A stretch of 64,000 nt of DNA from Tubulanus polymorphus (Eukaryota > Animalia > Nemertea), in assembly GCF_964204645.1 (NCBI RefSeq), contig NC_134036.1:10147859-10211858 (forward strand), given 5' to 3'. The notes beneath the pieces were generated by a model that saw only the letters and a program-made list of their open reading frames with translations, was not told where the DNA came from and did not search any database. Positions within the stretch are counted from its first letter, which is position 1. Each line of letters starts with the position of its first letter. This document shows, piece after piece, positions 1 through 12,095 of the stretch. The position numbers were made by a program, and so were the translations under genes.

Positions 1-956
1 TATTCTATTTCATCTGGATTTGGTACTAATGATAATTCTTGTTCATAAAAATAACCTAATATTTCTTCATCTTTTAAATCAAACAATTTATAAACAAATG
101 GTTTAGTTAATATTATCTTTTTAATTTTAAATATTTCTTCAGTAAAATTAGGGGTATAACCTTTATAAAATGTTTTTCGATATTTAGAAATTCTAACATG
201 TTGTCCTATTTTAAATTTAGGTTCTCCAAAATCATGTGTAACAAACGCGCCATATAAATTATTCCAAACTATTTCTGAATTTTCTTCTTTTCTAGCTTGT
301 ATAGGTTTCATATTTATAGAACTATGGTTAGAATTATTATAACCTTTCACTAAATCATTTAACACATCGATATATTTATATGTTTCATTAGCGGTGAAAT
401 ATTTCCACATTCTAGTTTTCAATGTTTTATTAAATCTTTCTATAACAGATGCTTTTATATCTGAATGTGTTGAAAAATATTCTACATCGTTATCAGTTAA
501 TAGTTTTTTAAAATGTTTGTTATAAAATTCTTTACCTTCATCAAATTGTATTTTATCTGGGATAGCTTCTTTAAATATTAATTTGAAAGAATTTGTAACT
601 TCTATACCAGTTTTATTTTTGATTGGAATTGACCATGCGTATCTACTGAATATATCTATAACATTTAGTATCCAAAAATATCCTTTGTTATATTCTTCTA
701 AGTTTTTCATATCAATTAAATCAGCTTGCCACTGTTGGTCAATATATGAAACCATTACTTTTCTTGTTAAATATTTTTTATCCATCTTTTTATGAATTTG
801 ATATGTTGGTTGATTTTGTAACCATGATTTTAATTCACTATATTTTATATTGCTATTATCAGATTTAATTTTATTCCATAATTCTGAAACGTTAGAATAT
901 GATACTTCACTTTCTGGGTTGTAATATAAATCTCTCAAATATTGTTCTTTTTTCAT
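1..956 (-). CDS. Polinton integrase (rve/DDE), 3' end outside window
   Basis: Manual translation from ATG at 956: MKKEQYLRDLYYNPES...VSYIDQQWQADLIDMK...DKIQFDEGKEFYN...ERFNKTLKTRMWKYFT; clearly homologous to the integrase at 35191-36318. Confidence 0.9.
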   Translation of the reverse strand, partial: MKKEQYLRDLYYNPESEVSYSNVSELWNKIKSDNSNIKYSELKSWLQNQPTYQIHKKMDKKYLTRKVMVSYIDQQWQADLIDMKNLEEYNKGYFWILNVIDIFSRYAWSIPIKNKTGIEVTNSFKLIFKEAIPDKIQFDEGKEFYNKHFKKLLTDNDVEYFSTHSDIKASVIERFNKTLKTRMWKYFTANETYKYIDVLNDLVKGYNNSNHSSINMKPIQARKEENSEIVWNNLYGAFVTHDFGEPKFKIGQHVRISKYRKTFYKGYTPNFTEEIFKIKKIILTKPFVYKLFDLKDEEILGYFYEQELSLVPNPDEIE

Positions 957-962
957 CTTATT

Positions 963-1358
963 TTAATCCATTAATAATAATCTTGGTTTATTTTCAATGA
1001 CTTTATCATTTGACTTATTTTCTGGTATGATAGGTTTATTGTCATTGGAATCATCTTTATCATCAGATTTGAATTTTGATTTATATATTACACCAGATAA
1101 TATAATAACTGTTACTAATCCAATTGTAATATATAATTTATAATTACTTCCAGCATTAGAAGAATTAGATGGATTATTATTTGAATCAATACCACCGTGT
1201 GGGTGCCGTACGGCACCATCAGATAATTTCTGTGATTCATTTATATCAGTTAATTTCTTTTTCTTAGCTTTTTTTAATTCTGATGATCTTTTACCTAATT
1301 CTCTTGCCCATTTAATTTGTTTCTCGGATCTAGGCTTTTTCTTAACGCTATCACTCAT
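963..1358 (-). CDS. Polinton small basic protein with one transmembrane segment
   Basis: KKKPRSEKQIKWARELG motif shared with ORF 37769-38125; hydrophobic stretch LYITIGLVTVIILSGVIY. Confidence 0.8.
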   Translation of the reverse strand: MSDSVKKKPRSEKQIKWARELGKRSSELKKAKKKKLTDINESQKLSDGAVRHPHGGIDSNNNPSNSSNAGSNYKLYITIGLVTVIILSGVIYKSKFKSDDKDDSNDNKPIIPENKSNDKVIENKPRLLLMD

Positions 1359-1953
1359 TTATTTTAGTTAATTTTTGTTCTGATTCATTTTCTGTTTCAC
1401 TGTTTGGTTGTAGTACATCTGTTTCGTTCTTACCTGATTTATATTCCATAGGTTTGATGTTCGAAAATGTTATGACACCAGTAGAAATTAATGTCATAAC
1501 CGATCCTAATTGAAATGAAGCATAACCGACCCATTTTTGTAATTCAGTCATAACTAAATAGTCATTTTTCAAATCATTATATAATTTATTTTCATCATCA
1601 ATTGGTATTAACTGGTTACATAATTTTGAATAACATTTGACAATACCATTCGAAATAGAATCATTTATTTTAGATAATCTTGCCTCTTCATAAATCTTAA
1701 AATATTTTATTACTTTTTCTTTATTCATATTATCTAATTCTTGAAAAGTTATTGTTTTACCAATAAACTCTTTAGTTTTTCCACTCGCAATCAATAGTTC
1801 TAGATGATGCTTACAATATAAATAGTATTCATAATCTATATTGTTATTAACTTGAATAGAATTAGAAACAACTGTATCCTTATTATCACTAATACCTAAA
1901 TCATCTAATGTTTTTTCAATATCAATACTATTCTTATTAGATTTCTTTGACAT
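1351..1953 (-). CDS. Polinton conserved hypothetical protein (200 aa)
   Basis: Homologous to disrupted gene 37228-37836 (IEKTLDDLGI, YCKH.LE.LIASGK, DYLVMTEL.KW.GY.SFQLG); preceded by a TAAATG cassette. Confidence 0.85.
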   Translation of the reverse strand: MSKKSNKNSIDIEKTLDDLGISDNKDTVVSNSIQVNNNIDYEYYLYCKHHLELLIASGKTKEFIGKTITFQELDNMNKEKVIKYFKIYEEARLSKINDSISNGIVKCYSKLCNQLIPIDDENKLYNDLKNDYLVMTELQKWVGYASFQLGSVMTLISTGVITFSNIKPMEYKSGKNETDVLQPNSETENESEQKLTKINE

Positions 1954-1979
1954 TTATATTAGAGAAATTTAATAAGAAT

Positions 1980-2160
1980 AGTATTATAAGTATTATAAAA
2001 TGATACTAGCTAGTTAAAGTTAAAGAATTCTAGTATTGACTACTGATACTAGCTATTTGAATTTAAAGAATTTCTATTCGGATCTATTCAAAATATAAAG
2101 TATTCTCTTTTTGAAAAGAAAATATTAAAAATATAATACAATTCGATAGCTAGTTGAAGT
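1980..2160. repeat. Degenerate CTAG/GAATTC-rich short repeats upstream of the 200-aa gene
   Basis: Repeated TACTAGCTA(G)TT..AAGAATT units; same position relative to the gene as the clearer array at 36924-37200. Confidence 0.55.
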
Positions 2161-2211
2161 TATTGTTTTTTAAATACTTTTTATTATATTTTATTTGAGA
2201 TATATTATTCT

Positions 2212-2877
2212 TTAACCACTCATTAAAGACTCAACGTATTGTTCATTATTTGGATTATTATTCCATAATTCAAAAAATTTTTTTACTTTATCCAGTTGAT
2301 TCAAATATAACTGTAAATCTAGTTTGTCATGTTTAATCATATTTTCTTTCTTTTCAAGAGGTCTTAGATTCTTCCAATTCCATATTAACTTTTTATCATA
2401 TTCATCATTCATATCAAATTTAGAAATAGGCAACACATGATCAATATGAAAATAATTACCATAATTATTTATATTCATTTTATCATCGAATTGAAATATT
2501 ATCCATGATTTGAGAAATTCATCTGAACAACCCAATAAATTAGATAGTGTTTCTGAATATGTTTCTTTGTTAAATAATTGTGTTAATCTAGACCGTAAAC
2601 ATTGTTTCAATCTAAAATTAAGATCTGTTTGATATCTTTCTCTCATATATTCTGTCATATAATCATTATAAGATTCTCTATTATCTTCTCGATATTGTTT
2701 AGTATATAGTTTAATGCAAGTTTTACAGTAATATTGAAAACCATCTTTGCTAATCTTACGCTTACTAAATTCTGTTAATGATTTATCTAATTCACATTTA
2801 GAACATTTCTTGTAACATATATTTATAACACCAATGTTATTTGTAATATTGATAGTTTGTGGTTGTTCTGGTTCCAT
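2212..2877 (-). CDS. HNH-family endonuclease with N-terminal zinc ribbon (large-DNA-virus/phage type)
   Basis: CSKC...YCKTC zinc ribbon; LLGCS..FL..WI..QF...MN..NYG..FHIDHVLP...WKNLRPL...EN..K pattern; intact ORF with TAAATG start. Confidence 0.8.
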   Translation of the reverse strand: MEPEQPQTINITNNIGVINICYKKCSKCELDKSLTEFSKRKISKDGFQYYCKTCIKLYTKQYREDNRESYNDYMTEYMRERYQTDLNFRLKQCLRSRLTQLFNKETYSETLSNLLGCSDEFLKSWIIFQFDDKMNINNYGNYFHIDHVLPISKFDMNDEYDKKLIWNWKNLRPLEKKENMIKHDKLDLQLYLNQLDKVKKFFELWNNNPNNEQYVESLMSG

Positions 2878-3011
2878 TTATTATACGTATTTTTTTACTA
2901 AATTGGTTAATAATTTATAATCCTCTTCTATTTCTTCGACTAACGTTATCCTTTTTCATTCTTCGTTGCTTTTGATAAGTTGTTTCGATTCCTTGATATC
3001 TAAATAATACA

Positions 3012-4005
3012 AGCGGCCGGCCATTTATGGCCGGTTTTGCTTAATGCGCATGCGTTAAACATAATTATAAATTCATTCTATAAATTCTGTAAAATAGAAA
3101 CAACACATGCGTTACATGCGTCACATGCGGCCATTGATGGCCGGTTTTGCTTAATGTATATATGTTAAACATAATAGAAACGACTGAACATAAAAATTCA
3201 CAAATCAGATTTACACAATACATTATACAAGTTGTTCAGTCATTTCTTCTAATACATCATTTGATTTCTATAAATACAATTTATAATTACAAACATTTTT
3301 TCAATTGCTGGTAAATATTTAACTACATCAACAAATGTTAAACTTAATCATTGGAGTCTTAATGTTTTTGAAATTCTTATATTTCTTCTTCGATCTTTTG
3401 GTGATTCTATTGGTTTGATATCCACCGGTTTGTGCGTGTTTAATTTGACACCAGTTCCACAGTTGTATATAGGTTTATTTGACTCTAGGCCTAGTTCCAC
3501 AGTTATCTAAAAGATATATCAAAATATAAATTGCTACACATAAATATATTTAAAGGTTTCATATTTAGCGGCCTTAATAAACAAAAACTGTACTTACATT
3601 TAACTCACGAACTGTAAACTGTATATGATGAGGCGTTTATGATACTGTTATGATACAGCGTTTATGAGAATATCCTGGTTATGACACAATGTTTATGAGA
3701 CTATATCCGTTGAAAAGCGATCGATATATGCTGGTATTTCGTTCTGTGTGTGTATACGCAACTAATTGCTTTTCACCCGTAGACTGTCAAGCGTCTGATG
3801 TGCGCGCCTATTTATACTATTCTATGCTCAGAAACATCTAGAACAAGTGTGTTGAGACTTGCGAATTATGAGATTTTTGATTGGTTAGAGCTTAGTTGTC
3901 CAGAAACATCTAAAAAGCGCGTTGAGACTTGTAAATTATGAGATTTGTGATTCGCTAACGTCCGCTGTATGATGTATAATACACAACGCGTTGAGACTTG
4001 TAAAT
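3012..4005. repeat. Subterminal short direct-repeat clusters of element A
   Basis: ~50-bp GGCCATT..TGGCCGGTTTTGCTTAATG unit twice (~3020, ~3129); GTTTATGA(T/G)A repeats ~3630-3700; GTTGAGACTTG(T/C) three times (~3851, 3921, 3990). Confidence 0.55.
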
Positions 4006-4142
4006 ATAGTTGAAAAAAAATCAATAATAAAGGCATTTAGATCAATGAAATTAATTAACTCTTTACAATTGAAATATAAGCTGGTAACATATGTTTATTA
4101 GAGCTAATACAACCAACTATATAGCTGAGTATTATCGGGTGT

Positions 4143-4316
4143 TTATAACGATTCAACGTATTTTTCACTATGTGTTGAGTTCCTTAATTCGATAAATGTT
4201 TTTGCTTTAACCAACTGGACTAAAAACAAATGTGTTCTAGTTTTATTGTGTCTTGCTTTTTGGGATTTATCTATATCGATATTACATGTTGGGCAGTAGT
4301 ACTTATTTGCTTCCAT
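4143..4316 (-). CDS. Small C2H2 zinc-finger protein (57 aa) of element A
   Basis: Manual translation MEANKYYCPTCNIDIDKSQKARHNKTRTHL...EKYVESL; the finger matches YYCPYCKKYIDKSNKSKHEKSANH at the start of the element B polymerase. Confidence 0.65.
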   Translation of the reverse strand: MEANKYYCPTCNIDIDKSQKARHNKTRTHLFLVQLVKAKTFIELRNSTHSEKYVESL

Positions 4317-4398
4317 TTTAATACTATATTTTTTATTAAAATTGATTTTAGAAGTTCAATGATTTAAATGTTATTCATATATATATGAATATTTTAAG

Positions 4399-4606
4399 AG
4401 TAATAGGGGTAATGGGCTTTCATATCAAAGGTTGAAAGGTTGAGGTTGATAAATTTTCCAAAATGTTAAAATAATAATAATTTCTACTTGAATTAGGAGT
4501 GTACGCGACTAATTCAAGTAGAAATTGTTGTTATTTTAACATTTTGGAAAATTTCTCGGGCTCGACCTTTCGACCTTTGGTATGAAAGCCCATTACCCCT
4601 ATTACT
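4399..4606. repeat. ~208-bp fold-back (about 97-bp arms) whose outer ends resemble the Polinton TIR
   Basis: AGTAATAGGGGTAATGGGCTTTCATA...CTTGAATTAG / CTAATTCAAG...TATGAAAGCCCATTACCCCTATTACT with a ~12-nt loop. Confidence 0.9.
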
Positions 4607-5279
4607 GATACTCAAATAACACGTTTTATTGCAAGCCATCTGCCATAAAAATCAACATCACGAAGAGCAAAGCAAACGATGAAAATTGTATTTTGGCGTC
4701 CTGTGTTTCTATAAATACTCAAATCTATACACTACAACTAACAGCAGCAGTGGTAGACATCATCAACTAGACAAGTACACGGTAAGTGCATATTGCGATG
4801 GAACATGCAGAAAACCAGGTAGACTACTCTCCATTACATTTAAGTCTAACGTATTATGTAAGATTTATATATCCGTAGGTACCATACACCAATATAAGCG
4901 TCTTGTAAACGGCTACAGAACACAACTAAAATCGCCAATCTATATCTAAAGGCTTAGCAGCTGGGCACGAAACTTTTATCAAATTGGCGTCCTATATTTA
5001 TCACCCCTTGGGCCCAAATGGTTTATCGCATAACTGTTTATCCTTCTGACCCTGTATAAACAAATTTCGAGTCCGTGCGAATCCAGAAACCCAACCATAA
5101 GAAATGCATGCATATGATAGTACATACACACTGCAGATGGCTACTCTTTGAAAGCTCCGTAAATTGCGATTATAGAGTCTTAAAGTGGTACAAATGAATT
5201 GATTTAGGATAATAAAATGTGCAGTGTTTTATCAATGCATCGTAGTACGTTTTTGACATGAACGGACTCCGTTAGAATT

Positions 5280-5628
5280 CATAGACCGTCTTAATATATT
5301 TCATCCGTGTATCAAAGTTACAGCTAGATGGTCACATTCTTCGGTAGAACATTTATGTATGAAAATATCTAAGTCAGGGTGATTAGATGACAGACCAAGC
5401 CGATATATGCTATCTATGTTTAGATATCTATCTATGGCTGACCATCCCAGAAACTGTAAGAATAGCTTACCACATAGCGGGGCTCTACGTATTGAAAGAA
5501 AAGGTTCAAACGATGAACTGTTCGAAGAGAGATGTAGAGCCCTTAAAGATCAATTGATTGAAAGAGGTTATAAAGAATCAGAAATAGATAAACGAATTAT
5601 TAGGGAAGATAAAATAGTATTATCTTAA
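5280..5628 (+). pseudogene. Penelope-like retroelement RT C-terminal relic
   Basis: LNIFHPCIKVT...DHPRNCKNSLPHSGALRIERKGSN...LIERGY resembles the PLE pattern HP...K.SIPYSQALR..RICS...L..RGY. Confidence 0.7.
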
Positions 5629-7641
5629 ACCTCATCAAATATGGACAGTATAAAGAGAGGATTGGGGCATATTTTATGAATATCCAATGTCAAAAGGCGT
5701 TAGCGCTATCCATGGTTGTCCATAAAATTCAACCTTATAATTCCACTTATCAGAGGCTTTTGATTTTTATACATTTTGAAATATTCCTAGTAGGAAAATG
5801 ACACCGATAGCTCTAGATTATTCGGCCAAGTTATTTTGATCACAGGGTCATCGTTGCGAACCAGTAAGCGCTATATTGGATGAACCATATCTATAAAACC
5901 AGCTCAATTTCTACTTAACAAGGATTATCACGTACAGATTAACCAACAGGTAATCAATCGTTAGTGATTTTAATAATGCACTTTATTTTTAAACTTAACA
6001 TCATGTTAGTATGGCAAAATTTAGCTTTTCAGTTGCTTTTCAGATCCAGCAGGCACTCAACAAAACTTAACAGAACAAATCCATTTCCAAATGTCCTTAA
6101 TTGTACATGAACAGTATCAATGCTGGTCCCCCTATCGCTTGTGAGAACCATGAATGTTCTCTGTTCGATGGGAGTAGTACTGAGAGTAGCATTGCCATCC
6201 TTTTTTCTACCCAGAGAGTTACAAATGACTTGTCAATAGCTTTGTTCACTAATCTGTTGGGTCTAGTAATGCATCCATGACAAACACCTCTTGACTTCAC
6301 GGTTCACTGCAATGGGTCTGAAGACAAAACTATTCGACCGAATCAAAATTTGTTTTGGGTCATTCCTTCTATATTGATTTTCTATCAACCTATATGAATA
6401 TTGAAGGATGCTGATGAGTAGAAGAATGAGGTTGCATTTTATTGGACCACCCTGCATAGACCAATAAACTATCAAACTGATTTTTGTTTGTAGATAATTG
6501 CAGTCAAGCTGAAAATTCGAGGTAATAAGTGTATGAGCATCGGGTGAAGGGCGTCATCATTCAAATCAATCGTTATCTAGGACGTAATCAGTCGTTTGTA
6601 AGACATTAAGTCATCGTCAGAAATGATCACAAATTTTGTTTCGCTTTTAGAATGGTTGTTAACGCTCTCATTATTACCTTGGCCTTATTCATGGTTATTG
6701 AAACTATAAAGGTACGTAATTCAAATGTTTGGCCGGTTTTTTATAGGTTGGATTACACATCCGCCGACGAACGTTTCTAATTTCTTGGTTTAAAATATAT
6801 TTCAATTCTATCTCAGCGTCCACTAGTATGGTTATGAAAATAAACTTATTCATTGTTTTCCACAGCCACGTCATCTTACAAATATAAATAAACCGGTCAT
6901 TATGGTTGTTCCTTGCAAAAAAGGGATCACTTCAATCATTTAACGCCAAGACGTAAATTCGTATATCATCAATCAGTATATACTCTAATATCCGTTTCGT
7001 TTGTTCGATGACATAAGATTACTGAAAAATACAGAAATCATACCAACTTTCAGTAAACAATGATATAATTACATAACACATCAAACTAATAATTAAATTA
7101 CACTTAAATAACAGAAATCTATTTTAGACCACTTTTGAAGTACATAATATAACAAGAATAAAAATACAAACATACCGTGATATTTGGCTCCATAAAATCC
7201 CTACATTCTATATTAGACTCCGAAATTCTTAAAGGTCTATGAGCCATTTCCAGTTATAACTTGTCAGTACAAGCACCAGTATTCCAGTGACAAATAAATG
7301 CAGAAATGCAGAAATGCAGAAATGGTCATATGACCAGAATTTACACAATACCTTGAATGAAACAAATTCTAAAGGCCTAAAAGCTGTTCAAATACACACA
7401 AAAACCAGATAGAATATATTGAAATACTAAGCTTATGGCAAATATATGAATAGAAATTCACAATGAAAAGAAAAAGTCAGATATCTCACATACAAATAAT
7501 AGCCAACAGTACATAAATTGTCCGTACAATGGTATCGTCACGCTAATTAATATAGTTTTAAAATTCAACATCCTTGCCTAAAATTAATGTATAACTGATT
7601 ATTATTTGCTCAACAGTGGCAAAACACATGTTAAATAGCTA

Positions 7642-8087
7642 CGGTACAGCCTAGAATAAACATAACTCCGTTTTTGTTTGCGTTTAGCTTCATATCGTTC
7701 AAACCGCGTTCTGTAATTCGTTTGCGTTTAGTTCCCACCGCGTTCAACACTCGGTAGGGACGAATATCCGTTTCAAAATTACACGTTTCGCTGCACGCTC
7801 ATGAGTGCAACGAAACTTCGAACGCTCCTCTATGGCGTTTATAATGTTACTGCATGTAGTTTACCATGAAGTCATCCAAATACAAGAAGTTGCACTCGAA
7901 TAGAAGGGAGCTACTTTTAATACCTGCATTCAATGTGGCGCGCCAGACGCGTTAAATTTGAACCGTGGTAGTAACCAGTTCGATTCACGTTTCAATTTCG
8001 TTTTAATAAAAAACTAATAACAAAAACGCAACGACCTCCGACGAACGCCGGACGCGTAATAAGTTATGTTACTTCTTGGCTGTACCG
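7642..8087. mobile_element. Tc1/mariner-type MITE
   Basis: TIR CGGTACAGCC(T/A)AGAA...TTCTTGGCTGTACCG flanked by TA on both sides; non-coding. Confidence 0.75.
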
Positions 8088-8369
8088 TATTACATTACAT
8101 CCATCGGAAGTTTCAAAGTTTTGAATCATAGAAAACATAGCTATCATACCTTATCATAAACAATTAAGTGAAACTACTATTCCAGTTAAATTTCACTCCG
8201 AGTTACACATCATCCTCAGCTAGCCCTAACTCCTGTTTTGCAAACATACATTTCGATATTTCTCTACCTACTTTTACTTCGAGCGAAAACTAATATTTTA
8301 GTTTTATAAACATGAAGGCGGTTGTTGGTGCAATATTCACATAGTGTATCTAAATGTAACTGGAGAGAT

Positions 8370-9130
8370 TTCTCATCGTCAGCACGAGTGGCCGTGTAGT
8401 CCGCGTAAAGGATCAAGTAAAGCCCCCTAGTTACGGATTACAATTCAGATTCAGATTATCAATAAACGACAAAGTTTGTTTACCGCGCGTAAAAAAGTAG
8501 TCTTCGATATCGTTTAGAAATTAGGAAAATAGAATAGGTGAACAATTTTCGCCAATTATCAACCTTCTACCTGCAGCAAAATGTTTTGACGCGTTACCTT
8601 AAGCTGATTTGACCGAGTTATCTATTTACTATGTTTTAAGGAAAGCTTTCTTAAAATCAAGAAAGGCGCAAATAGTATTCTTCCGTGACTAAGGTAAAAT
8701 TCATACGAATTTTCAGCATGTAAATATGATAGTCAAATATTTAGGTCTAAAACCATTTTGTGCTTCAAATTGTAATATTCGAATTAAGGAACGTTGAATA
8801 CTTTTGATCAAGAATATTCGTACATAATTCACCGAAACAGCTAACTAACGTGTAATTTCAGGATTATTAGCATCGCATTTCACTTTAAAAACAGGAATGA
8901 TTATTATTAATTACATACAATGTTCTAGAAAAACATAAATACCAATATTAGCTCCATTTTAGTAGCACTAGTAGGATTTAGCATTTGCCCGATACTATTT
9001 CGGATTACTGATTTCACAATCTAAGTTCCTGAATAAACGTTTCTTTCTAATTTCTCATTTTTTCGCGGATGATTTATTGATATTACTTGGACGAATTCTT
9101 CATAGTTACAAGGTTAGAAGGGTTAGGACA
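8370..9130 (-). pseudogene. Degenerate LINE (CR1/L2-like) reverse transcriptase relic
   Basis: Minus-strand fragments AQNGFRPK, ICAFLDFKKAF and xADD in the expected order, with many stops. Confidence 0.6.
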
Positions 9131-9256
9131 GCCTCGATATCTGCTTTTCTTAAATCTTATTATTTAAGTGCATACCTACGGCTCAGACTAAATCACTTAT
9201 AATGAACCGAAATTTATATGTCTTCTACTTCATCTATGGTACATCAAATTAATACG

Positions 9257-10340
9257 CGGTAATAATGCCAATAATGCCATTGGTAAAATAACCAGAGGTA
9301 AAAATGCCAGGGAGGTGAAAATACCAGGGATGTAAAAAAAGGAAATATTCATTATATCTGATATTCATATTAAAAATTATAATAACAAACACACAATTTA
9401 AATTTTCGATTTGGTTTATCATATAAACTGGTGTGTCAAATTTTAATCGTTAACTATTCATTTAATTGTTGATTCGATATTATGAATGACAACAGGAAAT
9501 CATTGATCCAAAAGAATGTTATATCTAAAATGTGCATTCAATTTCTAATTTCCAATATTCTAAACATACGTTGCATCTGAATTGTCATTTTGTATAAATA
9601 ACACTCGATCATGTCCAATGTTAGCGTATATATGTTTTCATCTTTTAATTGCCTAAGGCTTGAGGTTTTTTTTATAAATTACTGATACTTACTTATTAAT
9701 TTAATTTCAATTATCTACATTTAGATTTTTCATTATTTTAAAGAAGTTGTTGATTCAATTCTTCAAAGTTAAGTTGTATCTAAATATGCATATTCAGGAA
9801 TATCAAGTGTTTCGTGTACAGGGTTACCAGTACTGGGTAAATTACCTTCTCGTATCACCCCGTTTCCACAGCTGCCACAGCCTCCTCCGTGTCAACCTAA
9901 TGTTAAAATTTATGTCACGCCTTTAGTTTGGGAACTTGCAGAGGATGCTGTAGGTGTCATCGACGGTTTTTCATTCGAGCTATAATCAAAATGAAGAGTC
10001 TATCAAATTCAAATATGGAATCAATTATTTCTGTTTGTAGCTTGCGTTGACGAACACGCATTGTGTAGAACATGGGTTTCATATTGTTCCACCCACACCT
10101 TTGTCGTTTCAATTTGTAAACGGACTTGCGACCTTTGCTGGTAAGTAAGTTTGTTACGACGGAACTACTGTTGTTTTTATCTATAAGGAAAATAATTATA
10201 GTTTTATTCAACCAACAATGTATGTGTAATGGCAGCTACAGATCATTTAGAACAATTTTCACCGTAGCTGGTGTCAGCAATGGTATGCGTGATCCGTATT
10301 ACCCTGACATCTCTTATCGCATACCTTTGAACTGCTAGAA
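9257..10340 (-). pseudogene. Possible Mutator/MULE transposase relic with repetitive terminus
   Basis: Degenerate TN...GWNN-like segment near 10085-10125 and GGTAAAA(A/T)(G/A)CC repeats at 9257-9335. Confidence 0.35.
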
Positions 10341-10936
10341 TTAATAACTATTTCAATCTTGACGAACAGTTTTTGTTCGATAATATCATGAATCATTATT
10401 TTGATGTCAGATCAGCAAGACCATTTCATATTGATTTCAGATCTCTTATTAACTAACGAGTCGATAGCTTCACAGTCGCAGTCAGTCAGTAATTATACAA
10501 ATTGTATCACAACTGTGAACGTATGTCAGTTCCTCGATACTGAAATATACAAACTTCTTAACACATAATTGTTATTTGATTCTTTGTCTGTAGCTTTATT
10601 TATGCACGTCTCGATACGAATGCGAAAAACTCAGCTAACAACGAAAGATTAACTGGGACAACAAAAAATACAGAGATAAGAAAGGAATGCTACGACGTGG
10701 TTATGTTATATAGGGCGCTGCCCTTTATATACAATATAAGTAGCCTAAAAACTAAACATAAATACAGCGTCAAACCTTAACGAAACGAAGTGAATACACA
10801 CTCGAGACGTCACGACCATGACAGAGTTTGATAACAGTAAACGGTACCAGCCAAGAGCAAGCTGTAATCCGCCGGTAAAACATAAACTGAACAAAGGTAA
10901 AACTTCGACAACGAAAGAAGGACAATTTAGAGAGAA

Positions 10937-11157
10937 TCCCACAATGATAATAAAAAGTCCGAAAATGAAACTTCGAGATAGTAGTTTATTTCAACGTTTC
11001 GACTATATACTAATAGTCATCTTCAGGAATAATGAGATACTACAAAAATTATGAGATATATATATACAATTCAGGGACAAAGAGACTAATTCAAGTAATC
11101 AGAGATGATACAAACTAAAAAAATTAACGTAGAAACAGTTACACGCTAAAATAGATT
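10937..11157. repeat. Left arm of a ~220-bp inverted repeat (fold-back element split by later insertions)
   Basis: Reverse complement of 18646-18862 at high identity. Confidence 0.9.
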
Positions 11158-11159
11158 AA

Positions 11160-11448
11160 AGGGAACCAATGGGTAGATTTAGATATAAGTTTATTATGGG
11201 GTGAAAAACAATGGTTTTTCACCCCATAATAAACTTATATCTAAATTCCTCTATAAACTGGTTAAACTCAACACGTGATTTCCCCTTTGATCCTTTGTTA
11301 TTTGTCACTCATCAATTTTAGTCTCTCAACTTGTATTCACCATTGTTTTAATTTGAGTGCCCCTTAGTTTGTCTCTTTACTACTGATTTTAAGTTTCAAT
11401 TTATATTTATACTCACTATTGTTGTATAAAATTACCCCTTGGTTCCCT
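11160..11448. mobile_element. Kolobok-type MITE (TTAA target duplication) containing a 33-bp perfect hairpin
   Basis: TTAA|AGGGAACCAA...TTGGTTCCCT|TTAA; internal stem 11177-11209 / 11214-11246. Confidence 0.8.
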
Positions 11449-11636
11449 TTAATTGGAAAAATAACCGAGACTTACCTGGAAGTTGAAGGTTGTTTCTAAT
11501 TCTGTCTAACTGCTGACCAATGAAGAGGTAACATGAGATACGCATGCGTAGATACTACAGTCAATGTCCAACTTGCGAAATTTATCACAAAGTTACGATG
11601 GTGAGGTTAACTGGGTGAGGTTAAAATAAGGGAGGG

Positions 11637-11760
11637 CATGTAACCTCTCCATTGGTCACCAGTTAGACAGAATTAGAAACAACCTTCAACTTCCAGGTAA
11701 GTCTAGGTTATTTTTCCAATTCTATCTAACTGCTGACGTCATTACGAGGTTCCATGAGAT
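11637..11760. other. DIRS internal complementary region (ICR)
   Basis: Its reverse complement joins the two element ends (...GTTAGATAGAAT|TGGAAAAATAACC...), as expected for the circle junction. Confidence 0.88.
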
Positions 11761-12095
11761 GTTCAAAGTTGTGATAAATGAGTAAACCATAAAAAACAAC
11801 TATAAAGCGAATCTAAAATTTACCAAAACATAACAGCATATATTTGCTTCAAAATTCAGCAACCCAATCTCAGGGTTTCATAACAAAACATATTTACAGC
11901 TCAGGCGAATAAAGCAAAATGTTCACCTAAAAACCACCAACAACTTATTCATACTAACTGATTTGCAAAAACCACAAAATCCAATCTGTCAAAACCAAGC
12001 AGTAAGTTATCTAACAAATAACTACTCAAACTCAATGATTTTTAACAATCTTTCAACAATGCATAAAACAGATTTGTATACACGAATATTCCAAT

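Larger units (their letters stand above)
1..4606 (-). mobile_element. Polinton/Maverick-like endogenous virus, element A (partial; continues beyond the left window edge)
   Basis: Retroviral-type integrase, two genes homologous to element B genes, an HNH nuclease and a zinc-finger ORF like the element B PolB N-terminus. Read from 4606 on the minus strand (AGTAATAGGGGTAATGGGCTTTCATACCAAAGGTCGAAAGGTCGAG) it resembles the element B TIR. Confidence 0.8.

Noticed and set aside
6097-6475. Host exon(s)
   Set aside because: No recognisable motif in the frames I read and no convincing splice structure.
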